Shown here: one piece after another, positions 1-9,719 of the stretch
How the letters are laid out: each line of letters starts with the position of its first letter
Position numbering within the stretch: position 1 is the first letter of the stretch
Source: a virus
Length of the DNA: 45,449 bases
Strand: one strand, 5' to 3'
IMG/VR virus record: IMGVR_UViG_638154508_000001
Coordinates: 1 to 45,449 of that record
The notes under the pieces: generated by a model
What the model was told of the DNA's origin: nothing
Database searches by the model: none
The model's input: only the letters and a program-made list of their open reading frames with translations
Translations under genes and position numbers: made by a program

Positions 1-1173
1 ATGAGTATACACGAATATTATACCGATATTTGGCTTCCAAAATTAGAGGAGAAAATTCGGACTGCAGACTACCCCAAGAGAAACAGAGACCTCATTCTGA
101 AGTTTGAAACTTACCTTTTTTCAGAGGGCCTGAAGTCCCTCAGAGTCCTGAAATATCTATTCGTCCTGGATAAGATCGCGAGTGGATCCTCAGTAAGTTT
201 TTCAAAAATGAACGAGCACCATGTCCAGAAAATAATTGCTGATTTTGAAAGATCTGAGCTCGCAGCATCGACAAAACGAGATTACAAGGTAATCATCAGA
301 CGCTTCTTTAAATGGTTGAAGGGGGATAAGAGCCCGGCGGCATGGATAAAAGTTTCAAAGAAGGTCAGTGATCAGAAGCTGCCGGAATACATGATCACCG
401 AGGATGAAGTGAAGCGGATGATAGAGGCCGCAAGCAACGCCCGAGACAAAGCTATCATCGCTTTACTGTACGACTCCGGGTGCAGGATAGGGGAACTCGG
501 GGGCGTTAAGATCAAGAACATCACATTCGACCAGTATGGTGCCGTCGTTGTGGTGTCAGGGAAGACCGGGGCCAGGCGTGTAAGGGTGACTTTTGCAGCA
601 TCGTATCTGGCAGCCTGGCTGGATGTACATCCTTATAAAGAGAAGTCTGAAGCTTTCGTATTCATCAATCTGGAGGGAGTAAAGAAAGGAGAGCAGATGC
701 AATATCAAGCTTTTCAGTACACGCTCAAGAAAATAGCAAAAGCAGCAGGTATAGAAAAGCGAATCCATCTTCACCTTTTCCGGCATTCGAGGAGTACTGA
801 GCTCGCGCAATATCTAACAGAAGCTCAGATGGAAGAGCACCTTGGCTGGGCTCAGGGCTCAGAGATGCCCAGGACATATGTTCATCTTTCAGGAAAGCAG
901 ATTGATGATGCTATCCTCGGGATCTACGGGAAAAAGAAAAAAGAAGACACCATGCCAAAACTTACCAGCCGGATATGCACACGCTGCAAAAAAGAGAATG
1001 GGCCTACTTCATCATTTTGCGCTCAGTGCGGCCTGCCTCTCGATCCGCAGGCAGTGCAGGAAGTCCAGGTGCGTGAAGATGCAATGGCGCAAATCCTTGA
1101 ACAGCTGATGAAGAATAAAGAGCTCCGGGACCTATGGAACGTGGCCGCTGAGGGAAAATCCTCGGAGTCGTAA
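1..1173 (+). CDS. int: Tyrosine recombinase/integrase with a C-terminal zinc ribbon
   Basis: Catalytic motifs DSGCRIGE (R), SGKTG (K), HLFRHS (HxxR), HLGW and RTYVH (Y); C-terminal CTRC...CAQC. Confidence 0.95.
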   Translation: MSIHEYYTDIWLPKLEEKIRTADYPKRNRDLILKFETYLFSEGLKSLRVLKYLFVLDKIASGSSVSFSKMNEHHVQKIIADFERSELAASTKRDYKVIIRRFFKWLKGDKSPAAWIKVSKKVSDQKLPEYMITEDEVKRMIEAASNARDKAIIALLYDSGCRIGELGGVKIKNITFDQYGAVVVVSGKTGARRVRVTFAASYLAAWLDVHPYKEKSEAFVFINLEGVKKGEQMQYQAFQYTLKKIAKAAGIEKRIHLHLFRHSRSTELAQYLTEAQMEEHLGWAQGSEMPRTYVHLSGKQIDDAILGIYGKKKKEDTMPKLTSRICTRCKKENGPTSSFCAQCGLPLDPQAVQEVQVREDAMAQILEQLMKNKELRDLWNVAAEGKSSES

Positions 1174-1213
1174 GCGAACTGCTACACAGCTAAAGGATCG
1201 GAGGTTTTTACGC

Positions 1214-1519
1214 TTAATCACATGAGTCAGTTTTCGGGCAATTCCTCATCCACAACGGAGGATCTCCCGATATCTGACAGATCCACTTTCCGGAAGTCTT
1301 ATCTTTTACAAGTTTTTCGCATTTCTGGCTCGTACAACGGCGAACAGAAGGCCTGAAACCCTCAGGAGGTGGAGTATTTGGTAAAGGACACTGCGAAATT
1401 TTCACAAGACTCTTTCCCGCCAGCTCGCAAAATCCCCGGGGTCCTTTCCTAGAAAGGTGAGGGCATTCCTTTTTTTCGCAGCGGGTGATTGTTTGAGGGC
1501 GTTTTGCCATTATAATCAC
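1214..1519 (-). CDS. Small Cys-rich protein with two tandem C-x4-C...C...CP units (probable start ATG at 1510)
   Basis: RCEKKEC...FCEL...QCP and RCTSQKC...ICQI...NCP; last gene of the late operon. Confidence 0.7.
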   Translation of the reverse strand: MIIMAKRPQTITRCEKKECPHLSRKGPRGFCELAGKSLVKISQCPLPNTPPPEGFRPSVRRCTSQKCEKLVKDKTSGKWICQISGDPPLWMRNCPKTDSCD

Positions 1520-1523
1520 GATA

Positions 1524-2099
1524 TTAAACCTTGATGAGCCATAGTTCGTCTGGGTAATATCCTAAACCTTGACCGAACCTATCGTATATCTGAACAGTCA
1601 CGCTATTGTTTCCAGCTCTGCAAATGCTCGTAATGTTTGCAAGGCCGTAGAACTGCTCATTTCCGAATGGATTAAATCCTATTTGTTGAAAATTCAGCGT
1701 ACCATGTGGGGTGATCGCTCTGATCGCGTCATCCACGTACAGATTTGCGGCTACAGTTTTGCTCGATGAAAGATATATAAGTCCATATCCGTTCCATGAG
1801 AAGATAAAAGTTCCGAGGTCTACAACTTCACCCATATATGCCGCGGATCTGTGCCAATAGTCACAAACTTTGATCGGTAAATGCGTCTGTGATGCCACTA
1901 CGTACCCACCGGCTTTCTGCGGAAAAAGCAGCACCCTATCACCTGGAACCGGCCCAGAAAGTTTCTCGAGGACCTCATAGCCCCGATAAGACGGAACAAG
2001 GATAACACGGTCACCCACCGCAAAAGAAGTTTTCAACGGCCAAGAAAGAAATCCCGTTTTCGTCTGGATGAACGCCCTTCTGTCTCCCGACTCTGCCAT
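1524..2099 (-). CDS. Putative tail-tip/adhesin-associated protein
   Basis: Beta-rich 191-aa ORF coupled to the end of the large tail gene; function inferred from position only. Confidence 0.55.
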   Translation of the reverse strand: MAESGDRRAFIQTKTGFLSWPLKTSFAVGDRVILVPSYRGYEVLEKLSGPVPGDRVLLFPQKAGGYVVASQTHLPIKVCDYWHRSAAYMGEVVDLGTFIFSWNGYGLIYLSSSKTVAANLYVDDAIRAITPHGTLNFQQIGFNPFGNEQFYGLANITSICRAGNNSVTVQIYDRFGQGLGYYPDELWLIKV

Positions 2100-4001
2100 C
2101 AGTCATCTACCTCAACAGTCACTGTTTTTCCGGAATTTGTTTCCATGGTTACTGTTGAACCGTCCACGGAAGTTACGGTCCCGGCTTCAGCTTCTGACAG
2201 GCTATCCAGCCCGGTCTCGATCAGGGAGGATATAGTCGAAAGCAAATCGTCATTGATAGAAATAGATCTTCTGATAGCGTTGTTCCTCTCCACCTGGGCA
2301 GTCACCGAGACCGTTTCATTCGCCATTTCCAGACTGTACGTAATCGACGTAATCCGGAGCCAGCCCAGACTCGTGATACTATCTGGAAATCGTGAATCTG
2401 TGAATTGAATTTTTTGATATAAGCGCAGATCATGCCGTTTTTTGAAATTTAATTCAACCGTTACCGGTCTGACTGAAAAATAATCATACAGAATTGCTGC
2501 CCGAGAATCAGCTGCAGTCTGTGACCCGGCAAATGATGAGGGTTCCTCGATATACTCTCTTGGCCATTCTTCGCCTGCAGTCACTGCAGCACTCTCCTGA
2601 ACGGCCGCATACCAGTTTCCGGATGCATCGCAGCCCCTAACCCTTACCCTGTTAATCCTTTCTTCTACTGAAACACTTATCTTAGGGATATCAACAAGAA
2701 GGTCTTCTTCCCAGTTGATTGTCTCGGCAGTTAATCCGAGACCGTTCTCGGAATCGTCGATATCGTCCTCGGGAATGAAATACGCCCGGGCTTCAAGGTC
2801 CCCGGAGGGGTCCGTGTCCCAGTATACATAGAAAATGTACGAACACCAGTCACAAATTTCCTGTATCGCAGATAGCTTGGAAGTTTTCGCAGTCAGGGAA
2901 ATTTCCTTGTTTCCTGCTGTTGGAACTGAAATCTTGTACGGGACAATACCGGTTTCTTCGAGGAGATAAGAGATCCAATGATCCCATGTAGTGCGGGATC
3001 CCGTCAGAGACATTACTTGCGCATCCGTGGGGATGTACTGTTTTGCCAGGTAAATCCCATAGTCAAACGCCTCAATACTGCCTGACTTTCTCGCGTGTGT
3101 ATATGCAAGATCCGGAGCCGGAACAACTCCATAGAATATCCTATTCAGGTTGCCAGATTTGTCAGTTGCGTTCCAGTAACAGTGCGAATACTCGTCAATG
3201 TCAATTTCACCTGCATAGGAAATTGACATTCTCCAGTAGGCATCCGAAATTGAACGAGTGATTGAGATTTTTGTTGCAGTACCAATTGCGTTTGCAATGT
3301 TGATAATTTTTTGAAGTGGGAGAACAGAAGCAGAAACAGCAACAAACCCTTCCCCCGAAAGAGTGTCAAGTGAGAGAGAAGAATTCCCAGAACTTGAAAA
3401 AATGACCGTTCCGGAACCTGAAAGAACATCTCTCAATATTGAAATTTCTCCGTCCCCTGAAATTATAATGGTTCCGGTTCCAGTGCCGGCATCTGTAAGG
3501 ACATCAGCATTTCCAGAACCTGAAACAATTATATTTCCAGAAGCGTCTAAGTAATCATCTATAACAAGTGGTTCGGTAGGGACAAATTGGGAATTTGGAT
3601 ATACGCATACTAAAGACGCTGTTGGAGGGCTGGAAACATACTTTCTGAATCTAATATATGATACTCGGAGGTCACAATATCCTGTAGAGGTAGTGTCACC
3701 AATAAATATTCCATCTGTATCTGTGATAGTTCCAACACCGATTGCCTTATTTTCCTGCGAACTCTGCAGATTCCAATCAGTGTCAAAAAGATAATAATTT
3801 GAGCCTGTAGATGAATCGGAATCGTCAGCCACACATCTGAATATGTACTCTCCTTCGGAATATGACCCTCCTGTCTTCCATGTTCCTGACTCTCTGTAAT
3901 TCCAGTATGATTGAGAATCACGTACTGGGATTATTGCAGCTATCTTTCTGTTTGATGTAGATCCATCGCATAGATACAGAGCTACTTGATCATATGATCC
4001 T
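2099..4001 (-). pseudogene. 3' part of a large tail protein gene (hub/adhesin-like) split by IS1634
   Basis: The frame stays open upstream of the listed 3832 start, up to the IS end at 4008 (...IGSYDQVALYLCDG...), and joins 7418-7893 in frame. Confidence 0.9.
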
Positions 4002-4112
4002 ATAGATCCTTAATTTGACAGTATCCACTAATTGATATTGAAAATCTATCCTATTCTTAGCTCAAACTAATTTGACACAAGGTTATGAATCCATCTAATT
4101 TTATAATAAATT

Positions 4113-4320
4113 CTATGGAATAGTGCCCATTTTTGTTACAATTAAACTATTGATCTTATCAAAATTAGCAAAAATATAATTTCTGAGTCCATTTTTCACG
4201 AACTTTATTGTAAGTGTCAAATTTTTCAAGCTTTTTTTGATGAATTTTGTGGATTTGTGCTTGATTTCCTCAAATTCATATCGCATCAGCGATATGAATA
4301 ATTGAGCAATAAATCCCAGT
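4113..4320 (-). pseudogene. C-terminal fragment of the IS1634 transposase
   Basis: ILGFIAQLFISLMRYEF... continues HGAI- from 6138-7366 in frame after the nested IS is removed. Confidence 0.88.
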
Positions 4321-4325
4321 ATAAT

Positions 4326-6137
4326 GATAGCGTCGTAAAAGTATAGGACTGTTAAATTTATGATAAAATGTTGCAGATTCCGTTTCTTTTTTATCACAAA
4401 TCAAATCACTTATATATTGCTAACACTTTCATCACATAAAATACATACTTTTTGAGTGATAATATGTTTTCTCCCAGAAAAGGAAAGCAGACTACTTTCA
4501 TTTATGGCCCTGAGATTTATGAGAAACTCGTATCAAAAGACCATCTTCTTTACAAAATTAATGAGTCAGTAGATTTCACTTTCATCAATGAAGAATGTCG
4601 TAATCTTTACTCAGAAAATATGGGTAGACCTGTAACGAACACTCCTGAAATCATGTTTAGATCAGCTATTGTTCAATCTCTCTATAATTACTCAGATCGA
4701 GAAATGGAATACGAAGCACGCTATAATATAATGGTAAAATGGTTCATTGGTCTGAATCTTGACGACTCTTCCTATGATCATAGTGCACTTGGACGTTTCA
4801 GAGATCTTCTGGGGGAAGATAAATGGAAAGAGATATTCTTCAGGCTATTAAAGCAAATCGAAAGTGCTGGATATGCTAAAGGTAAAGCGTATGTAGACGC
4901 TACTCATGTAATAGCAAACATTGCAATTCCAGGTACAATAAACCTGTTAAGACAGGGAATTAAAGATGTAATGAAAGCTATTCAGGAGATAGATCCCGAT
5001 CTATATGAGGAGCTTGGTGGGGAAAAAATTGCCAACGATGATAAAAAGGTGTACAAGTTAAGGCCTGAAGAAAAAGAAAGCAAGCTGGTCGAACTGGTTA
5101 AAAAAGCCAGAGAGATCAACCAGAAATCCGAATGTATTGGGGGAAAAGTAAGTGAAAAAAATAAGCAACTGAAACGGATTCTTTATGAAAACGTAGAAGA
5201 AAATGAAAATAAAATCGTAAAAAAAAAGATGAAACTGCAGACAGACTCGTGAGCCTTGTTGACAAAGATGCAAGACATGGTGCTAAATCAGATAAGAAAA
5301 AGTTTACGGGATACAAAGTAAACTCAATTATGTCGGAAGACGGATTCATAAAAAACATAAATGCAACTCCAGGTAATTCCTATGATGGAGACATACTTAT
5401 CCCTTTAATTGATGAAATGATAGAACATGGATTTAATGCAAGTGAGGTGGTTGGAGATACCGCTTATGGAGAAGTTGACAACAGGAATAAGCTGTTGCTC
5501 AAAGGGATAACTGTTATAGCTCCTTTTAAAAAGGAAACTAATAAGGGGGTTTTTCCACAAAGCAAATTTACAATCGAGGAACATGGGGTTACATGTCCTG
5601 CAGGATGCAGGACAATGGTATGGAATCACAATAAAAAGATTGAAACAATCACGTTCTATTTTAATAAAAATGATTGCGGAAACTGCAAATTAAAGGAAAA
5701 ATGTACTGTCCAGAAAAGAAGGACGATTACCATCAGTCAACATTATGAGCTACTAAAAATAGCAAGAGAATACAATAAAACTGATCATTTTAAGGAAGAT
5801 ATGAAACAAAGAGCTCATATCGAACCAAAGCAAGGAGAAATGAAAAGATATCATGGATTGGTGAGGGCAAAATATTGGGGACTTCCAAAGATGAATATAC
5901 AAGCAACAATGAGTGCAATTGTGGTCAACGTAAAAAGATTTATCACAATGAATAGCTGTGGCTATCAATTAGCATCATAAAATATGTAAAAAGAATGAAA
6001 AATTGAAAGAAAAGGATGAAAAGAATGAATTGGTTTGATGAAAATTACTCCAAAAATTGGAGGATATTTATGAAGTGCAAAATCTTGCGCTGAAATTTTT
6101 ATGATGGCTGACCATTAGCTACTTTTACGACTCTATC
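4326..6137 (+). mobile_element. IS1182-like element (1812 bp) nested in IS1634
   Basis: 18-bp IRs GATAGCGTCGTAAAAGTA and TACTTTTACGACTCTATC (1 mismatch); 5-bp TSD ATAAT at 4321-4325 and 6138-6142. Confidence 0.9.
4452..5980 (+). pseudogene. IS1182/IS5-type DDE transposase split into two ORFs (4452-5252 and 5249-5980) at an A9 run
   Basis: N-terminal DUF772-like part (YNYSDREMEY, VDATHVIAN) and a C-terminal DDE part (VVGDTAYG, RAHIEPKQGE). A -1 shift at A9 (5219-5227) gives KKK-DETADRLVSLVDKDARHG. Confidence 0.85.
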
Positions 6138-7366
6138 ATAATAGCTCCATGAATGCTATTTTCTGACCAAACCCTTAACGGCTTAATCTGTATTTCGTTT
6201 TTAAGCGAGTTGAATATTTTCTCTATAGAGTCCTTTTCTCGATATATTTCCAGTGCCTTTTCAAGTGTCAAATTCTTGTTTGATATAAGGCAGAAAAATC
6301 CTTCTCTTCCATTAATTATGGAACTCTTTAGGAGTTCTATCGCTTCATCATCACTAAGCTCTTCGAGCTTAGTCTTAAAAGAATAGTCAATCTCAATCAA
6401 CTCATTGTTTATTCTGAATTTTTTGGGAAGCTTTTTATTTTTGACAATTATCTCCTGTATCTCTTTTGCTTCCTGTAACTTCTTCAGAACAGTTCTTGCC
6501 TTTGCTTCCAATTGTTTTTCTTGTAATGATTCTGATAAATAGAAATACTTAATGCTATTTGGCTTGACTATTTTTATCCCATAAATTCCTTTCTCAGAAT
6601 CTATCTGTTCTGCTTTAGTTACATCAAATTTCTCAATGATTTTATCGTCACTTGAATTCAGTTTCATGGAAGTAAGATATGTCATCTTATCTTCCTGTAT
6701 CAGCTTTATGTTTTCAACTGTATTAGCGCCTTTATCAAAAACAATAAGAGATCCTTTTTTGAGTTTACTTTTTACCTTGTTATACGTCTCAGGAAAATGT
6801 TTCAGATCAAGAACATTTCCTTTGTTTACTGTAACTCCAATGGGTATGTTAATTGGTTTTTTGAGTTCGCTTACTCCAACTGTTATCTGAAGCTTATCAG
6901 GTCTATGATCTCTGCTATATCCAAACTTTCCAAGCTTGGATTTTGTGCCGTAAAGAGTTATACTTGTCCAGTCAAGGTTTATATCTGTCTCTTCAAAATC
7001 ATAAACGGAAAATAGATTGCCTAAAATATCAGAAAGAATCTCCTCTTTGTTGCGCCCCAGGATCTCAAGTGTTCTGTAAAGAACCTTTTCATGAAAACTC
7101 TCGAGATTCAAAATCTCGAGAATTTCTTTCTGATTTAACCATTTGCCAGCTTCTTTAATGCTAAAATTCTCGGTGAGCTTGTAGCTCACCAAGCCTATTA
7201 ATAAACTATTGAGATCTAAACCTCGGCTTTTATGCTTACCAAAAACATCAGAGAAATTAAGTTTTTCATAAAAGTATTGGACAGCAAGCATCGAGCCGAT
7301 AGGAACACATATATTCTTGTTAGGAATAGTAGGGAATGCTCTTATTTTTGTTTTTAGATTCATCAA
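6138..7366 (-). pseudogene. N-terminal part of the IS1634 transposase
   Basis: DWTSITLYG, FGYSRDHRPD, VFDKGA and YREKDSIEKIF motifs; truncated at the nested IS. Confidence 0.9.
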
Positions 7367-7417
7367 ACCAATAACGAAAATAAGAGTATTTATTTTTATA
7401 GAAATGTCAAACTAAGG

Positions 7418-7893
7418 ATAGATACTTGGTTTGCTCGTATCTCCATAATATATTTTGAAGGAAGATCAAGATCGTACCTCTGTGCGCCTCCTACTAAAGA
7501 AGATGTAGGATTATAAAACCTAAGATACTCTCCATATGTTGTTACTGCAATATTTGACGTATCCCATCCAGAAGTCGAGTTTTTATCAAAAAATTCATCA
7601 AACACATCATCTGGAGAGCTTTCAGATTCTGCTTCCTGATTTCCATAGTAGAAAAGGAATTCTCCGATTCCGATTGGCAACTTTACCCATACAGAAAAAT
7701 ATGTGGATTCTACGCTTTCGATAGCGTATTTTATCTCCTCGCCATAGGGAGTGCAAAAACGGAGATCTGCGCCGTCGTCTTGCATCTCCGGCTGTTTAGG
7801 TACAGAGATTAATACCTGTAGTCCGTCTATGGAAACAACAGAATCAAGTTTGATAAGTCCGTAAGAATCCCAACACGAATATTGAGGAAACAT
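7418..7893 (-). pseudogene. 5' part of the large tail protein gene (DUF2341-like N-terminal domain)
   Basis: DGADLRF...YAIES...VWVKLP...FYYGN pattern; ends at the IS1634 TSD. Confidence 0.85.
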
Positions 7894-7904
7894 CTTACAT
7901 CACT

Positions 7905-8285
7905 TTATCCTGTCTTAACATGACTCCATGCGCTCAGACCGGTTACTGAATATGTGCCATCTGCATTAACGAACCTTATTTTAACATACTTCCCATTTGG
8001 AGGAATTGGGATTACATTCGATGCTTGATTACCTGCATCTACCGGTATTGTTTTCCTGAAAAAGTAATCCTGGTTTGCTCCTATACTGAAGCTAGAACTT
8101 GCCCCGTCTGGGTCAGAATAGGCTTCAAGTGTTACATCTCCAGTAGCTGATCCATCAAATGTAAGTTCATACCCTATCGAAAGACCAAACGCAGAGGAAA
8201 GATCTATACCGTCAGAGTCCTGGTTAGAGGAAGCAGACAGGGTAACGTTATCTATGATTTTAGTAACAGGTGTCCCTATTGTCAT
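7905..8285 (-). CDS. Hypothetical virion/tail protein, beta-rich
   Basis: 126-aa ORF coupled to its neighbours in the tail module. Confidence 0.65.
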   Translation of the reverse strand: MTIGTPVTKIIDNVTLSASSNQDSDGIDLSSAFGLSIGYELTFDGSATGDVTLEAYSDPDGASSSFSIGANQDYFFRKTIPVDAGNQASNVIPIPPNGKYVKIRFVNADGTYSVTGLSAWSHVKTG

Positions 8286-8917
8286 TCTGTCTCACCGTTC
8301 CCAGACGATATAGTTTTTGGCAACGTAACCCCTATGGAAGACTTTATATCTTCAAGTAATGTACTAGACGAATCTTTAATCTCTCTGAATTTAGATATAA
8401 GGCCTTCTTTTAGTTTTGAGTGTCCTGTATTTGAGTTCCACAAAACTGTTATTCCTATAGCGTCGTCCCTTGTTTCTCCTGCATCCATCACATAGGCAGA
8501 TACAAGATATACAGGATCTGTTTGTTCTGTAATCTTTATTGTATCTGAAATGATAATTTCACCATTACCGTCAGATACTTTTTGAGTTTTTTCATATGTG
8601 TCCGTATCTGCCGAAAACAAAGGATTATCAATTGTTATTGCAGCCATACCGGAAAGAACAAGCTCTCTATATTCAATAGCGTCTATCTCTTTCTTGAAAT
8701 AATCTATCGCATCATCCATAGCGAGAGAAAGCGCATTTTTTAGACCCTGTAAGGTTTGCTCTACAACTGTTACTGTGAACTCATGCTGAGGGTTACTCCC
8801 ATCAGAGTAACTATGCAAAGTTTCCTTTAGGGTTATATGAATTACGCCTTCATCATCAACTGTATAGTAAGGTGAAGTTCCCACCGGTATTATATTTACA
8901 AGTACCATTTTTAACAC
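8282..8917 (-). CDS. Hypothetical tail-module protein
   Basis: 211-aa acidic ORF in the operon. Confidence 0.65.
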   Translation of the reverse strand: MLKMVLVNIIPVGTSPYYTVDDEGVIHITLKETLHSYSDGSNPQHEFTVTVVEQTLQGLKNALSLAMDDAIDYFKKEIDAIEYRELVLSGMAAITIDNPLFSADTDTYEKTQKVSDGNGEIIISDTIKITEQTDPVYLVSAYVMDAGETRDDAIGITVLWNSNTGHSKLKEGLISKFREIKDSSSTLLEDIKSSIGVTLPKTISSGNGETE

Positions 8918-8918
8918 C

Positions 8919-9308
8919 TCATGAAGACGTGAAATTGGTGTCTCCGGTTATCTGGACCTGCTGACCTGCGGTGTAATTCTGGTCCTCTGTGAAAATTCCT
9001 CTTGCCAGGAGTGTTCCTCCGGAAGCTGCGTTGAAAATACCCATCTCCCGAATGGTTACATTCCCGGTAATTGTAAGGGTGATGACAACTCTGCCCTTGT
9101 AGTTTTCCGGATATGTGGCAATGCCCTGTGTCCGGACTGCCCCATTAGAATTGTTCTCAGATTCCAGTGCAGTATCTGTATCTGCTGCAGCAGAAGATCC
9201 TGTCCCGGTGCCGATGTAGTCAAATTCGGCGGTAGCTTCTACTCCGACAGCTCTACGGGCAAGAGCTTCTTTACCTGCGTTCGTTATCACCAGTGTACAT
9301 GTTGCCAT
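8919..9308 (-). CDS. Tail protein resembling the tail-collar/fibre N-terminal (DUF3751-like) family
   Basis: ITNAGKEALA...YIGTGTG...TALESE...IREMGIFNAASGGTLLAR pattern. Confidence 0.6.
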   Translation of the reverse strand: MATCTLVITNAGKEALARRAVGVEATAEFDYIGTGTGSSAAADTDTALESENNSNGAVRTQGIATYPENYKGRVVITLTITGNVTIREMGIFNAASGGTLLARGIFTEDQNYTAGQQVQITGDTNFTSS

Positions 9309-9377
9309 TGTCTACCTCATCCTGTTTTTTTTCGATTACCTGGATAGTTCCGGTTCCTGAAATTTTGAGTTCGGCGT

Positions 9378-9719
9378 TCATGCGGTATGCCTCGAAAATT
9401 CAATAGTGTAAGTCCATTTTCCAGTTGGGAAGTCTCCCTCGACTTCTTTGATGTCCCCGAGCTTGGAGATGTAGCAATTAGTAAAACTATCAGAGTCAAT
9501 GACCAGGGTACAGAATGACCCTATCTTTCCTGCAAGCGTTGTGATTTCAGAAATGTTCGTGCAGTAACAGTCAAACTCTTTCGGGAAGGGAGAGGTCTCA
9601 GGGGACAGTTCAGCGTATGTTTTTCCGTTATAGAGCTGAGTTGCATTAGCAATGATGCTGTACCCGTAGCTTTTCGTACCGATCACATTGACTGTAGCTC
9701 CATCGAAAGTGACTGTCAT
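9378..9719 (-). CDS. Putative distal tail protein
   Basis: Immediately downstream of the tape measure gene; beta-rich. Confidence 0.55.
   Translation of the reverse strand: MTVTFDGATVNVIGTKSYGYSIIANATQLYNGKTYAELSPETSPFPKEFDCYCTNISEITTLAGKIGSFCTLVIDSDSFTNCYISKLGDIKEVEGDFPTGKWTYTIEFSRHTA

Larger units (their letters stand above)
4008..7417 (-). mobile_element. IS1634-family element (1593 bp once the nested IS is removed)
   Basis: Terminal IRs CCTTAATTTGACA (4008-4020) and TGTCAAACTAAGG (7405-7417); 6-bp TSD ATAGAT at 4002-4007 and 7418-7423. Confidence 0.92.

Noticed and set aside
4113-4397. Independent 94-aa gene
   Set aside because: It is IS1182 end sequence fused to the C-terminal fragment of the split IS1634 transposase.
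1214-9308. Diversity-generating retroelement acting on tail/adhesin genes
   Set aside because: No reverse transcriptase motif was seen, and no TR/VR pair differing at adenines was found by eye.
9270-9499. ORF 9317-9499, or a 36-aa MNAELKISGTG... peptide fused by slippage or amber read-through to 8919-9308
   Set aside because: The 8919-9308 gene has its own GAGGT RBS and ATG, and both shifted frames at the A8 run hit stops. There is no support for a fusion.
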